A stretch of DNA of 64,000 nt, taken from Candidatus Bathyarchaeota archaeon. GTDB taxonomy: Archaea; Thermoproteota; Bathyarchaeia; Bathyarchaeales; Bathycorpusculaceae. The DNA is taken from contig CAWAKC010000011.1 in the NCBI GenBank assembly GCA_963782525.1, positions 99,963 through 163,962 on the forward strand, in the 5' to 3' direction. This document shows, in pieces, positions 28,122-38,731 of the stretch (the stretch's first letter is position 1; every line of letters begins with the position of its first letter). A program made the translations under genes and the position numbers. Below the pieces are notes generated by a model. It worked only from the letters and a program-made list of their open reading frames with translations. It was not told the DNA's origin and searched no databases.

Positions 28122-28369
28122 GTGTTTAGGCGAAGAGAAGAAATCCGCGAACGACTAATAGAAATAATTGCTAAGTTCAAACTGAAAGGAGCCACTACAC
28201 CAGAAAAAGCCTGACTGCCCCGGAACTTGGGCTGCCTCCACGCTTTGAGCAAGTGATGCATCGACGGCTGGGAGAAAGCGGCATCTTTGTGGAGATCAAC
28301 AGAAAATACTACCTATCCAAAGAACAGCTAAAAGAGGTTCAGGAAAAGCTTTCTTCAAAATGGCAATAA
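28122..28369 (+). pseudogene. Small hypothetical protein with a 1-nt frameshift near 28212
   Basis: MFRRREEIRERLIEIIAKFKLKGATTPEKA | TAPELGLPPRFEQVMHRRLGESGIFVEINRKYYLSKEQL reads as one coherent protein across a frame change. Confidence 0.6.
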
Positions 28370-28453
28370 TTATTTTTTCCTTAAATTTTTCACTTTGAAA
28401 ATCGAAAACTATTTCCATACACCCCTCAATAAATAACCTTTAGGCGCACATTG

Positions 28454-29476
28454 ATGGATCGTAAAGAATACCTCAAAGAACCCGTAAACCACATAAAAAT
28501 AAACGGCACATTAACAGTGGACCAGTTGATGCAACAGTTCAAGAATTCAGGGTCATTGGGCGCTGGACGGCTCTCAGCTGCATGTGACATTTACGAGAAA
28601 ATGCTAAGGGAAAAAGACTGTACCATCTTCTTGGCTTTGTCGGGCGCCGTGGTTCCAGCAGGTATGCGGACATTAGTCACAGATTTGATCCGAAACCATC
28701 TTGTCGATGTGATTGTAAGCACGGGTGCTTGCATGGTTCATGATGCCATAGAAGCCGTTGGCGGACACCACTACAAGGGCGGCTGGGCCGTAAACGACAC
28801 TGAACTATACAAGTACCACTTGTTCCGAATCTACGATATTTTCGTGCCAGAAGAGGACTATGTTCGATTGGATTTTAAACTATCCGAGATGTACGCAGAC
28901 ATCGCCAAGGAACGCAAAGGGGAGAGTTTAGCTTCAGACGAGTTCACCTATGAATTGGGCAAACGTTTAACCGACGAAAACAGTATTCTGAGGGCTGCCT
29001 ACGAAGAGAATGTGCCCATTTTCCTTCCCTCTGTGCGCGACTCAGAATTCGGTTTCATCCACTGGTTACATGCTTCCCAAAAAGACCAGAAATCAGTCCT
29101 TCTGCTAGATGCGTTCAAAGATGTCCCGACAATTTGTGGTATCTGTGCTCGATCGCCCAAGAATGGCATGATAGTTATCGGCGGAGGAGTTCCACGCAAC
29201 ACTATCCAATCCTCGGCACTTGCATCCAAAAAAGGCTTAGACTACGCTGTAGTAATTACCCTTGATCGACCTGAAACAGGCGGCTTGTCAGGTTCAACAC
29301 TCGAGGAGACTGTGAGTTGGGGAAAAATGAAGGGTTCAGCCGACCACGTAATGATTATCGGAGAGGCACTGATGGTTTTTCCATTTCTTGTCGCATCAGC
29401 AACTGAGCGTCTGGGCAAGGATTTTAAACGTGACTCATTTTTGCAACGTGAAAAACGCATGGGCAAGGGAACTTAA
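28454..29476 (+). CDS. dys: Deoxyhypusine synthase
   Basis: STGA..HD, IGGGVP, GGLSGS and SWGK (catalytic Lys) motifs. Confidence 0.93.
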   Translation: MDRKEYLKEPVNHIKINGTLTVDQLMQQFKNSGSLGAGRLSAACDIYEKMLREKDCTIFLALSGAVVPAGMRTLVTDLIRNHLVDVIVSTGACMVHDAIEAVGGHHYKGGWAVNDTELYKYHLFRIYDIFVPEEDYVRLDFKLSEMYADIAKERKGESLASDEFTYELGKRLTDENSILRAAYEENVPIFLPSVRDSEFGFIHWLHASQKDQKSVLLLDAFKDVPTICGICARSPKNGMIVIGGGVPRNTIQSSALASKKGLDYAVVITLDRPETGGLSGSTLEETVSWGKMKGSADHVMIIGEALMVFPFLVASATERLGKDFKRDSFLQREKRMGKGT

Positions 29477-29477
29477 C

Positions 29478-29693
29478 ATGGAAAACAACGGTGAAGAAAA
29501 ATTCTGCGGCAACTGCGACAGCCACAACTGCTACGATTACCCCAGTAAAGTGTTCTGTTCTACTCGCTACTGGCAGAACAAAAGCCCAATTGTGGATACA
29601 CTCTGGCGCTGTGAGGCCTATAACAAGGTTAGTCAAGAATGCTACTGTGTACGGGAAGCCAAGAAGAAAGCGGCTGAGTCGGCGGAAAGTTAA
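29478..29693 (+). CDS. Small Cys-rich protein
   Basis: CGNCDSHNC...FCSTR...WRC...CYC; starts 1 nt after the dys stop. Confidence 0.7.
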   Translation: MENNGEEKFCGNCDSHNCYDYPSKVFCSTRYWQNKSPIVDTLWRCEAYNKVSQECYCVREAKKKAAESAES

Positions 29694-29731
29694 AGTTAAT
29701 AATTGGAACCCTGTTTATTTTGGAAGTCTAA

Positions 29732-29804
29732 AGCCCGGTGGTGTAGTGGTCAAGCATAGGGGCCTCTGGAGCCCTTGACGAGAGTTCGAATCTCTCCCGG
29801 GCTA
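29732..29804 (+). tRNA. tRNA-Gln(CTG)
   Basis: AGCCCGG/CCGGGCT acceptor (A1-U72), GGGGC-CTCTGGA-GCCCT anticodon arm, GAGAG-TTCGAAT-CTCTC T arm. Confidence 0.96.
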
Positions 29805-30068
29805 CTTGTAGCTGAGATCAGGGATGAAATTTAGGTCTTTTTTGTTGATTTTCAACTTCACTCGAGTAGTCTCCACGGGTCGTCGGATGAAGCTGAATTA
29901 TCCAATTTGCTCACATTTTTTGAACATTTCCGAATCGTAATCTTCACAAACATATTTCCACATATTTTTTAATCTTGCACCAGATCCTTGGGCAATGTAA
30001 CGACAACGCTTTCACCAATGTTTTGAGTTTTGACTATTATTCATGCTTATTCAGTCACCCGAGTAATC

Positions 30069-31343
30069 TCAACGTTTTTGACACTGTTTAGGCAGTTCTG
30101 CAATGAAGGTATCAAAGAATGATCTTATCGATTTGATGTTTTCTTCTCCGCAGAATCCAACTGAAAGCGTCATTTTGGCGTTGAATGTAGTGGCTCCCAG
30201 CATAAACCCCGGCTGATACATAATAGGGCTCGAAATGTAACCACCAGTCATCTGCAACTCTCCAAAATGATAGTCGCGGAGAACTCCGAAGTTTGACAGC
30301 AATGGAAACGTTACGCTGTACTTTTTGCCCATCTCCGCAGACTGCACCATGTACTTCTCCATGCCCGCGTAGCCTTGACTAAACAGATACTCCAAGCCCG
30401 CTGCGCTCTCAAGACCCGGGTAGTTTGCTTTCAGTTTCTCCATAGAAGCCACAACTCTTGCGAGAGTACCCTCAAAATTTTCGCCACTTTTTCGTTCCAA
30501 AGCAGTGTAGATTGCACCCGAGAGGTTGCAAATCGCTTCTGCTTTGTGGTCGGGAAGGTAGCGTCTTAGGTCTATGGAAACCTGAAGTATCATTGGTTTG
30601 TCTTCGGTTATGTTGTTTATGGCAAAGAAAGTTCGGTAAAGCGCAGTTAAGAGCAAATCATTTACTGTTGCTTTTTTATCGGTGGCATATTGCTTTATAG
30701 TTTTAAATTGGTCTTTTGAAATGGTGCTGAATACATGCAATCGTTGGATGCCTGCTTTTTGTGGGAAAGCCCAAGTAGGGGTTGGAAAACCTTTCATTGC
30801 GAGGGTTTTAGGGTTTTTTGTGAGCTCAACGATTTGACTTTGGTCTCTTCTACCTAAATTCGGCTGAATAGAGGTTCTTCCACAAGTAGCAAGCATGCTG
30901 TAAACGTCAGATAATAACCAGACATATTCCTTGAGACCGCCTGCGTCACAAGCGGAATGATTCAGTTTTATGCAAACTGTGTCAGCTTCTTTCTCCCTTA
31001 CAACCCTCAAAGCCACTTGAGGGTCAATATCCGCATGAATCGCCTCATTAATGAACGCACTTATTGCCTGCTCTGGCGATTCTGTTTCAGTCACTGAACA
31101 AAGATTTCTCTGGTCTAAGTCATCCCTGCGTTCCCAAAAGGGGGAAACGCAATTCTCCACAAATCTATATCCCAAAACAGGTTCCAAATCCATTGTCAAC
31201 CTGACAGCTTTTGCAAGTACGTTCTCGTCGAGCATTCCGCTGAGTTTTATTATCATGCAGAGTTGCTGGTCGGCAAACATTTTGCTTGCTGCATAGTTGT
31301 ATGCATCCTGCGTTGTAACTTTAAACGTATTGGGAATAGCCAT
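30069..31343 (-). CDS. Stand-alone condensation-domain / CoA-dependent acyltransferase
   Basis: HSACDAGG (HHxxxDG-like), ATVNDLLLTA, DLRRYL and CNLSG motifs. Confidence 0.85.
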   Translation of the reverse strand: MAIPNTFKVTTQDAYNYAASKMFADQQLCMIIKLSGMLDENVLAKAVRLTMDLEPVLGYRFVENCVSPFWERRDDLDQRNLCSVTETESPEQAISAFINEAIHADIDPQVALRVVREKEADTVCIKLNHSACDAGGLKEYVWLLSDVYSMLATCGRTSIQPNLGRRDQSQIVELTKNPKTLAMKGFPTPTWAFPQKAGIQRLHVFSTISKDQFKTIKQYATDKKATVNDLLLTALYRTFFAINNITEDKPMILQVSIDLRRYLPDHKAEAICNLSGAIYTALERKSGENFEGTLARVVASMEKLKANYPGLESAAGLEYLFSQGYAGMEKYMVQSAEMGKKYSVTFPLLSNFGVLRDYHFGELQMTGGYISSPIMYQPGFMLGATTFNAKMTLSVGFCGEENIKSIRSFFDTFIAELPKQCQKR

Positions 31344-31487
31344 TTGCTTCCTTGAATTAGCAGTAAATACTCATTTAGTTTTTATGCCTTACCAAAAAAC
31401 TATCGCTTTCCAACGTTCAAAACACTAATTTTTAGGATTCAGTTTAAATAACAATTAACATCAGATAAACAAAAAGGTGTTGTTTGA

Positions 31488-31604
31488 ATGGCAGATTTGA
31501 AAGGTTGCCCTTTTGGACAAGACATAAAAGATGATTGCAAAAACTGCGATTACTCTGATAGCAACCACTATGACCCAGCTTCAGGAAAATGTGTCAAGAG
31601 ATAA
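31488..31604 (+). CDS. 38-aa Cys-containing small protein (not in ORF track)
   Basis: MADLKGCPFGQDIKDDCKNCDYSDSNHYDPASGKCVKR*; AGGTG Shine-Dalgarno site and TTTAAATA TATA box upstream. Confidence 0.65.
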   Translation: MADLKGCPFGQDIKDDCKNCDYSDSNHYDPASGKCVKR

Positions 31605-31657
31605 CCCAATTTTGCTTTAAGAGGAAAGTCGATAGTTAAGAAATAAGCTTGCCGCGA

Positions 31658-32482
31658 CTATTTCTTTTGGGAACCGCCGTTTGGACGTTTGCTTGCGAGA
31701 ATTTGGTAGCCAACTATGGCTGAATAGAAGGCATATGAAAGCAGTAGTATCGGGCGGTGAACCGCATATTTTAGGTCGCTGACCATGAATTCAACGTGTT
31801 TCTGAACTGTCCAAACTTCTTCAGGTCGATAATGGATGCAGTAGGGTTCGTATACGCCCATTACTTTGTAGCCTTTTTTCTCTATCCAATCTTTTATGTA
31901 TCCATCTTCGTAAGTGTGCAGCGCAAAGGGTATTTTGATGTCTTCAACCGTTGCCCGCCGAATAAGCGTGTCGTGTGTGCCGCCTCGTTTTTCAAATATT
32001 TTTAGTGTAACTCTCTCAAAAAGACTTAGGACTTTCCATCCTCTCAAAACTGACCAAATTTCTATTCCCCAAACTGCGCCCACATTATCCTTAATCAGCT
32101 CTTCTGCCTCAGCAAACCAGTTCTTTGACAAAACCACATCGCTATCCACGAAAACGAACCAGTCGCTTTTTACCCTGTGAATTGCAGTCTGCCGGGCGCT
32201 TCCTCTTGTTCCTTTTTCTTGAAGGAAGGTAACATTGCCGTATTTTTCTTGAAATTCTTTGATTATATCTACCGTTGAGTCTGTGCTGAATCCATCGATG
32301 ATAATTAGGTTTTTAACTGGGATGTTCTCGTAGATGGAGTTGATGCATTCTTTTAACATGCGTTCGCTGTTCATGGTGAGGAGGGCAACATCGATAGGAC
32401 CTAATTTGGATGAATAGGATAGTTTATGTTGCTTTTTTTCGGCATCTTTTTTGAGCAAAGTCGGTAACGGCTTTTCTATCAA
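31658..32482 (-). CDS. Family 2 glycosyltransferase
   Basis: IIDGFSTDST, FVDSD and YED motifs. Confidence 0.9.
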   Translation of the reverse strand: MIEKPLPTLLKKDAEKKQHKLSYSSKLGPIDVALLTMNSERMLKECINSIYENIPVKNLIIIDGFSTDSTVDIIKEFQEKYGNVTFLQEKGTRGSARQTAIHRVKSDWFVFVDSDVVLSKNWFAEAEELIKDNVGAVWGIEIWSVLRGWKVLSLFERVTLKIFEKRGGTHDTLIRRATVEDIKIPFALHTYEDGYIKDWIEKKGYKVMGVYEPYCIHYRPEEVWTVQKHVEFMVSDLKYAVHRPILLLSYAFYSAIVGYQILASKRPNGGSQKK

Positions 32483-32511
32483 TGTTTTCTCTCCTTATTG
32501 GAAAGCCACTG

Positions 32512-33681
32512 TTAATACCCCATCAAACCGCAGCATCGAGAGCATATGGGAAAAACTCCGTCGTCGCAGCTTTTGAGGGCTTGCCTAAATTTGCGGTGTT
32601 TTTCTCCGTTATATATTTCTTGTATGCTTGATTCCTTGATGTTTCCTGTGACAAAGTCTGGGAAGTCTCGGCATGTAACGGTGTCTCCGTTGGGCATTAT
32701 GTCTAATTGGAACCAGGGTGAAACGCATTTTTTATATCCGAAAAAGTTTTCTGGCTGTGTGTAGTATGTTCGAATCTGCTCGGGTTTTAGGTCTGGAACA
32801 AAGAGAACTGGCGTTTTGAATTTTCCAGATTTTATTTCTTGTACCTGTGTGATAATTTTTTCTATATCTAACATTGATGTGTCGCGGACATAGCCTTTCC
32901 AAGCGAAGGGTGTTATTCCCAACTTTTCTTCTGCTAGTTTCGTATGTTTCTGTCCGATTGACTCTTTGGTGAACCAGGAGTAATAAATTATCATGCCGTC
33001 AGGACGCAGTTTTTCTGCTTCTTTAACTGTTTCAACCAATGTTGATTCGTTGTTCTTGGATATTGTTGTTAAAACGTATATGCCTGGTTTGTTGGTTTTT
33101 TTCTCTTTCTTGAGTTTTTGGATCGCCGTTATTCCCCGTGTTGCCGTTTCTAAGGCTCCTGGGGTGCCACGGCATTTATCATGGACCTCTTTGGGGCCGT
33201 CGAAAGAAACGCAAATCATGTCCCAGCCGTTGTCAACTATGGTTTCAGCGTTCTTTTCCAATCCAACTCCGTTTGTAACAATCTGAACGGTTAATCCTTT
33301 TTCTTTCATGTAGTTGACAAGGGGGACTAGCGGTTCATAGAGGAAGGGTTCGCCGCCCGTTATGTATACGTGGACTTTTTTGGGTGCAACTTCATCTATT
33401 ACTTTTTTGTAGGTTTCAATGGGAACTTCGCCTGTAACTTTTGGAGTATCCTCTCTTGCGTTGTATCCATTCTTGCCCCATTGTGCGCAAATTGCGCATC
33501 TGTGATTACAGCGATGCGTAATGCGTAGGCTCAAAAGCCAAAGAGAAGAACTGCTTCCATCGTCATTTCGGTAATCCAGTCTGGATTTAACGAATTGCCG
33601 GTATGAACCTCGGGCAAAGCTCTTTACGAGTTGAGGGTTTTTGCATACTGGTCCAAAGAGTTGCGTTGGGATGCGTCTCAT
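32512..33681 (-). CDS. Radical SAM/SPASM domain protein
   Basis: CNHRCAIC, TGGEP, and CVSPW..G...C..GNI...CSRCC. Confidence 0.9.
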   Translation of the reverse strand: MRRIPTQLFGPVCKNPQLVKSFARGSYRQFVKSRLDYRNDDGSSSSLWLLSLRITHRCNHRCAICAQWGKNGYNAREDTPKVTGEVPIETYKKVIDEVAPKKVHVYITGGEPFLYEPLVPLVNYMKEKGLTVQIVTNGVGLEKNAETIVDNGWDMICVSFDGPKEVHDKCRGTPGALETATRGITAIQKLKKEKKTNKPGIYVLTTISKNNESTLVETVKEAEKLRPDGMIIYYSWFTKESIGQKHTKLAEEKLGITPFAWKGYVRDTSMLDIEKIITQVQEIKSGKFKTPVLFVPDLKPEQIRTYYTQPENFFGYKKCVSPWFQLDIMPNGDTVTCRDFPDFVTGNIKESSIQEIYNGEKHRKFRQALKSCDDGVFPICSRCCGLMGY

Positions 33682-33838
33682 GAATATTACCGTTTGTTAT
33701 GTGCCTTAGGTCGGAGTAGAATTTAAATTTGCCCCAAGTTCTTCACTAGTTTAAAAAGTTAAACCCATTCAACATAACTACTCTGGGTTCAAGCATTCTG
33801 ATGCCGCCCACTATTTTAATAATTTGCCAAAACCTCAG

Positions 33839-34771
33839 TTAAGCAGGTACATGTTTCTTTAAAATGTCAATTCTCTTCGAAAGCACAGGCAATAGTTTCT
33901 CCACTGCAACAAAGGCTATAGTAGCGTATGCTATTCCGCCTAAAACATCTACGAAGTAATGCTCGCCAAGGTAGACTGCGCTAAACCAAGTTCCAACGGG
34001 AATTATGGCAACTGGTAGAGCTTTCCAACGCCAAATTTTGAAGGCAAAGAGGAAAACTAACCATGGCATAGCTGAATGCATGCTGGGAAAAGCCGCATAA
34101 AGGTTGCCACCTAAAAAGTCAAACAGTGTCTTGTAAACAGGAAGCCCAAGATTCACATCGACTGATCCGGTTAAGATTCTTGTAACGTTTGCAACTGCTA
34201 TCCATGGAGGAGAAACAGGATAAAATAGAAAAGTAATCAATGCACTATAGGTTAGTACTCCGAAAGCAACGATGTATTTCCAGTAGTTCTTTGGGCTTTT
34301 TCTCCAAACAATAAAGGCAAACACGGTTGGTACAAAGAAGTATATTCCGTAGAAGACTGCTCCTATGTAATCTAAAGCTTCGAACCTAAAGTTTTGCTGC
34401 AGAAATACGGTCGGAAGTTGACCGAACATCTGCATATCTAAGTTTTGAGGCCCACCGTGAAGGTTGAATTTTGATATGGTTCCAACGAAACTATACATCA
34501 TTTCATAAGAAATAAACACCGTGACGAAAGGCAACCAATCTTTTAAGGCACTCCAAGTTCGTTTATTATAAGACGCATAGAACAATATGCCCAAGACAAG
34601 AAATTCTGGTCCAGGAATAACCTCGTATTCTATGCAGAAAATAGTTATAGCCACAACGTAGATTCCCAGAAAAAGCAGTGAGAAGAAACGTGAAGAGTGA
34701 TAATCAAAGCTCAAGTCATGCTTGACTTTTTCAAGGTTGAGTATTTTATTCTCTTCTTTTCTCTTCACCAT
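33839..34771 (-). CDS. PAP2_3/Aur1-like (inositol-phosphorylceramide-synthase-like) membrane protein
   Basis: PVSPPW, AAFPSMH and YLGEHYFVDVLGG motifs. Confidence 0.88.
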   Translation of the reverse strand: MVKRKEENKILNLEKVKHDLSFDYHSSRFFSLLFLGIYVVAITIFCIEYEVIPGPEFLVLGILFYASYNKRTWSALKDWLPFVTVFISYEMMYSFVGTISKFNLHGGPQNLDMQMFGQLPTVFLQQNFRFEALDYIGAVFYGIYFFVPTVFAFIVWRKSPKNYWKYIVAFGVLTYSALITFLFYPVSPPWIAVANVTRILTGSVDVNLGLPVYKTLFDFLGGNLYAAFPSMHSAMPWLVFLFAFKIWRWKALPVAIIPVGTWFSAVYLGEHYFVDVLGGIAYATIAFVAVEKLLPVLSKRIDILKKHVPA

Positions 34772-34959
34772 TAGTTAATCGTCCAGTTTTTTTAATAAAT
34801 AATAGCGTCCTTTTTAAATGCCTTTTCCCAATTCGCCCCTTAACTGATGCTAACCTAATATATGTTTGATTAATTAGACATTTCAGCGGTGCTTAACAAG
34901 AAACTTTAGAAACCGCAAGAAACATAAAAGACCTTCAAACCTATAACGCCTGTGGAATA

Positions 34960-35280
34960 ATGGAAAAAGTTTGGGATGAATTAAAAAAAATCGAAGCTCA
35001 AGCAGAGCAAATCCGAGGCGAAGCTCAAGATAGGGCAAAAAAGATGGTTCTTCTCGCAAAGAAGGATGCTGAAAAATTGGTTGAAAACAGCAAAACGTAT
35101 GCTGAGGCTGAGTCACAGAAGCTTCACTTGATGGCTATTGAGGAAGCTAATCGTGACCGCAATGAACAATTTAAAGCTAATGAGGAAACTGTGGCGAACC
35201 TGAAATCAAAAGCTGAAAAACGCATGGATAAAGCGGTTTTAGTAGTTGTGAATGCTGTTCTTGAGGATTCTGCACTTTGA
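34960..35280 (+). CDS. atpH: A/V-type ATP synthase subunit H/G (peripheral stalk)
   Basis: ELKKIEAQAEQIRGEA coiled-coil; first gene of the locus. Confidence 0.75.
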   Translation: MEKVWDELKKIEAQAEQIRGEAQDRAKKMVLLAKKDAEKLVENSKTYAEAESQKLHLMAIEEANRDRNEQFKANEETVANLKSKAEKRMDKAVLVVVNAVLEDSAL

Positions 35281-36329
35281 CTCAGACAACGCAGTATGCT
35301 TCGGTTTTAGCTAAAATCGGCGTTGAAAGAAGTAAGCTTATCAGTGAAGCCAAACTTAAGGCGCTTGCAGAAAGTAAAACTCTTATCGACTTTGTAGCTC
35401 AACTTCGAGATACAAGTTACCAAGAGCAACTCTCCAAATTGTCCCCGCCACTCACAAGCCGTAAACTTGAAAAAGTGTTCAACGAAAATTTAATAGACTC
35501 TTATATAAAAATAATCAAGTATTCGCCTAAAGAAGCAAGAAAATACTTGACTCTGTATCTTTTACGCTTTGAAATTGAGAACATAAAGGCACTAATGAAA
35601 GCAACAAGTGCCAAACTGTCTCCTGAGCAAAAGGCTGCGAAGGTTCACTTTTCTGTGGAAGATTACTTTAAAAGACGCGTGGTCATGGAGGAAGCCGTTA
35701 AAGCTTCTGCACCCGCCCAAATGATTCATGCTTTTAAGGGTACAGAATATTTTTTACCTTTGAGTATGGGACTGAAAAACTTTGAAGAAAACAATTCAAC
35801 AGCCTCTTTTGATGTATTTGTGGACAAGTTTTTTTTCGAAAAGCTCTACGAGGTTTACTCGAGCCTTCCCCCTAAAGATCAGCCTTACGCAAACCTTTAT
35901 GCAAGCGTAGAAAACGACGGTTTCACATTGGTGACGTTGCTGAGGGGAAAAGCATTAAATTACGAAACCAACTACTTGCGGCTTGTCATTCCTCAAAACT
36001 ACCTCCACCTTGATAAATCAACGATGGATGCTTTGGTTTCCGCAATTGATTATGAAGCAGCCCTCAAAATCGTTCTCAGCAGCTATTATGTCAAGTTCTT
36101 TGTTAAAACGCAAACTCCAGTGGAAACAATGGCAACTGCGGAAAAAGCCCTCAAGAAAGCCGTGTTTCAACATGCTAAATCATCCGTAATTAGCGAAACT
36201 TTCAACATTGGGGCACCGCTTGCATTTATGACGCAGAAAGAAGCAGAAGTTCATAACCTTGCAACTATAAGTGTTGGCCTAGAATCTGGCATGAAGTCAG
36301 ATGACATTCGTAATTTACTTTTATTTTAA
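35277..36329 (+). CDS. atpC: A/V-type ATP synthase subunit C (d)
   Basis: RFEIENIKALMKA and KEAEVHNLATISVG motifs. Confidence 0.88.
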   Translation: MTQTTQYASVLAKIGVERSKLISEAKLKALAESKTLIDFVAQLRDTSYQEQLSKLSPPLTSRKLEKVFNENLIDSYIKIIKYSPKEARKYLTLYLLRFEIENIKALMKATSAKLSPEQKAAKVHFSVEDYFKRRVVMEEAVKASAPAQMIHAFKGTEYFLPLSMGLKNFEENNSTASFDVFVDKFFFEKLYEVYSSLPPKDQPYANLYASVENDGFTLVTLLRGKALNYETNYLRLVIPQNYLHLDKSTMDALVSAIDYEAALKIVLSSYYVKFFVKTQTPVETMATAEKALKKAVFQHAKSSVISETFNIGAPLAFMTQKEAEVHNLATISVGLESGMKSDDIRNLLLF

Positions 36330-38353
36330 TTTTCAATTTTTGTTTTCTTTAATTTAAGTTTCGTGTGGAGGAAGTTTTGCTTGAATGGATGGAATTCTAC
36401 TCCGGTGCCAGAGTAGAATTTGCTGAACCACTCGTAGAAGTGCAATCTCAAGGTGTGGATGAACACGATTAATCCTTCGAGTGCCAATACGAAAATGTTT
36501 CCGAATACTATGACGACGCCAGATAAGGCAAAAGTTAACACTGAAGTGGATCCAACAGGATTGACTAGGCCTGCTACGGTGTAGGTTACCAGGAGCAGTG
36601 CCCAGTGAGCCATAAGCAACGCAAGGATACGGCTGTAGGATATGGTGTTGCTGAGCAGGCGGGTTACTAAGTCTCCGCCTTCAAAGAGTCTACCCGATAA
36701 GGTATCTTGTTCTGCATGTTCGGCGCCATGGGGCACCGCGGGTTTTGTAGCCTTCAAATACAATGGTTTTCCCACCACTAGAACAATGAACGCTAGTAAA
36801 GGCCAAAGAATAGGACCGCTTAGCCATGCGCCGAAATTTAGTTGGTAAGCGGCAATTAGGTAAACTCCGCCGAAGTAGAAGGCAATTTTTGGCCCAGATG
36901 TTAAGAGGGCGTCGGCATAATGGTGTTTTAATGCAAAGTTGGTCATTTCAAGAACTATGCCGCTCGTTATCTGTATTACGCCGACAAAGAGGCTGAATAT
37001 TATGAATGTAAACACATTTACAGTGGGGTTTTCGGTGGGGTTAATCCACAGTGGTCCCCATGGCAGTGGTTGCCCGAAAGCTTCTCCGAACACTATTCCT
37101 GCGACGCTTGCGCCTAACCCGCAGGCTGCCATGATGTAACAGACGTTTTTCATGGCTCTGTTTCCTTTGATTAGGTACCCAACTGTTAATCCGCCAAACA
37201 GCAGGATTAATCCGTGTCCAAGGTCGCCGAACATCAACCCGAAAATAATCGGGAAAGTTATCGCCATTAGAGGCGTTGGATCTACTTCGTCGTAATGTGG
37301 TAAACCGTAGAGTTTTGTGAGTTCTTCGAAAGGCCTGATAAACCTGTTGTGGTTTATTTTTGTCGGAGGATCATCAGATTCGGGGACTTCATTTTTCAAA
37401 ACCAAAACTTTTCCTTCAAGCATTCCAGTAACTTTTTCGTTGAGTTCTTGAAATTTTTTCTGTGGTACAAATCCCCGAACAGTTGCAAGGTGACCTGACT
37501 GGAGTATTTTTCTTTCAGCCTGCAGAAGAGTAAGGATGTTCTCTGAAGTTTCCTTCAGCGAGGCAATATTGTCCTTGTTTTCTTCGCCTAGTTTACTTAA
37601 TGAATCATTAAATGCTTTTTCTTTATCTGTGTTTTCTTTTGTTTGTTTGTTAACTTCTTTTAGCGCTTCATTTACGTCGTGCGGTAACTCTTTGGGGATG
37701 TGAAAGATTTCGGCGTGGTATGTTCTTAGGATTTTCTCGATGTTTGCTTGATGTTTAGCTGGGAGGGCTAAACACATGAAGGATTCTTGTTTAGTTATGG
37801 AGCATCGGTTGATAAAAATTGGGTATCCTGTGAGGGCTGTTTCTAACCCTGAAACGTTTTTTGTTGGTACGCTGGCTACTGCAACATAAATTAGCTTTAA
37901 ATCTTCGATGGCGGCAAGGTCTGCATCCATGATTTTGAGCCTTTCTAACATGTTTTTGATGCGGTTTAGTTGTTCGGTTTTTTCTTGCAGGCTAGAAAGA
38001 GCTTCGTTGAGGCTGTCTGTTTCTTTTTTCAGGGTTAAAATTTTTTGGTTTGTGTCTTCTAAAAGAGTTTGCCAATTCTCTGCTGTAACCTGGGTTTTAG
38101 TCATTTGTGGCAGCTTAAAAATACTGAAAAGACTTGATTTTTCTTTTATAAGCTGATTAGTTAAAGTGTTGAGGTCTGCGATGGACCCTTCGGCCTTCTG
38201 GATGCTCTGGTTGTATTCGTTTAAACCTGCGTTGTCTTGAGCCGTCTGTTCGATGTGGAATTCTCCAAAGTTATTGAGTGCTTCCAAAACCAGCTCCACG
38301 TCTTTTCTAACGCAGATTATAGATGTAGAGGTCATTCTTTCTGGTCGCAACAT
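36326..38353 (-). CDS. atpI: A/V-type ATP synthase subunit I (a), inverted relative to the rest of the locus
   Basis: YGLPHYDEVDPTP, FGLMFGDLGHG, SNTISYSRILAL (essential Arg) and HTLRLHFYEWFSKFY motifs. Confidence 0.95.
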   Translation of the reverse strand: MLRPERMTSTSIICVRKDVELVLEALNNFGEFHIEQTAQDNAGLNEYNQSIQKAEGSIADLNTLTNQLIKEKSSLFSIFKLPQMTKTQVTAENWQTLLEDTNQKILTLKKETDSLNEALSSLQEKTEQLNRIKNMLERLKIMDADLAAIEDLKLIYVAVASVPTKNVSGLETALTGYPIFINRCSITKQESFMCLALPAKHQANIEKILRTYHAEIFHIPKELPHDVNEALKEVNKQTKENTDKEKAFNDSLSKLGEENKDNIASLKETSENILTLLQAERKILQSGHLATVRGFVPQKKFQELNEKVTGMLEGKVLVLKNEVPESDDPPTKINHNRFIRPFEELTKLYGLPHYDEVDPTPLMAITFPIIFGLMFGDLGHGLILLFGGLTVGYLIKGNRAMKNVCYIMAACGLGASVAGIVFGEAFGQPLPWGPLWINPTENPTVNVFTFIIFSLFVGVIQITSGIVLEMTNFALKHHYADALLTSGPKIAFYFGGVYLIAAYQLNFGAWLSGPILWPLLAFIVLVVGKPLYLKATKPAVPHGAEHAEQDTLSGRLFEGGDLVTRLLSNTISYSRILALLMAHWALLLVTYTVAGLVNPVGSTSVLTFALSGVVIVFGNIFVLALEGLIVFIHTLRLHFYEWFSKFYSGTGVEFHPFKQNFLHTKLKLKKTKIEN

Positions 38354-38409
38354 TTTTAACAGAATGTTTGATTTACCACCGAACATTTAAAGTTATATTT
38401 GGCGATGAA
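38354..38409. promoter_or_regulatory. Candidate compact bidirectional promoter between atpI and atpF
   Basis: 56-bp divergent gap with self-complementary TTTAAA (38386-38391) and an AATGTT...AACATT inverted repeat. Confidence 0.45.
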
Positions 38410-38718
38410 ATGATTGGCTATGTAATTGGGGACAGTGACATGATTACTGGCTTTAGACTTGTTGGAGTTGAAGGCACTGAAGTCTCCACAGACGACGAAG
38501 CGATACAAGCACTGCATAAAGCGCTTGCACGAAGCGACATCGGCGTTATAATTATAAGCGAATCATTCGCAAATGGTCCCTCAATGCGGGATGAAGTTGA
38601 TAAATTACGTCAGGAGCGAATAACACCCCTAATCGTACAGATTCCGGGTAGTAAGGGTACCTCAAATAAAACGCAGCTATCGGACATTGTAAGTAAAATT
38701 TTAGGAATCAAAATATAA
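38410..38718 (+). CDS. atpF: A/V-type ATP synthase subunit F
   Basis: VIGDSDMITGFRLVGV and PLIVQIP motifs. Confidence 0.93.
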   Translation: MIGYVIGDSDMITGFRLVGVEGTEVSTDDEAIQALHKALARSDIGVIIISESFANGPSMRDEVDKLRQERITPLIVQIPGSKGTSNKTQLSDIVSKILGIKI

Positions 38719-38731
38719 CGGTGAAATTGGC

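Noticed and set aside
36326-38409. atpI as a phase-variable invertible segment
   Set aside because: No inverted repeats flanking both ends and no invertase nearby; the junctions look evolutionarily settled.
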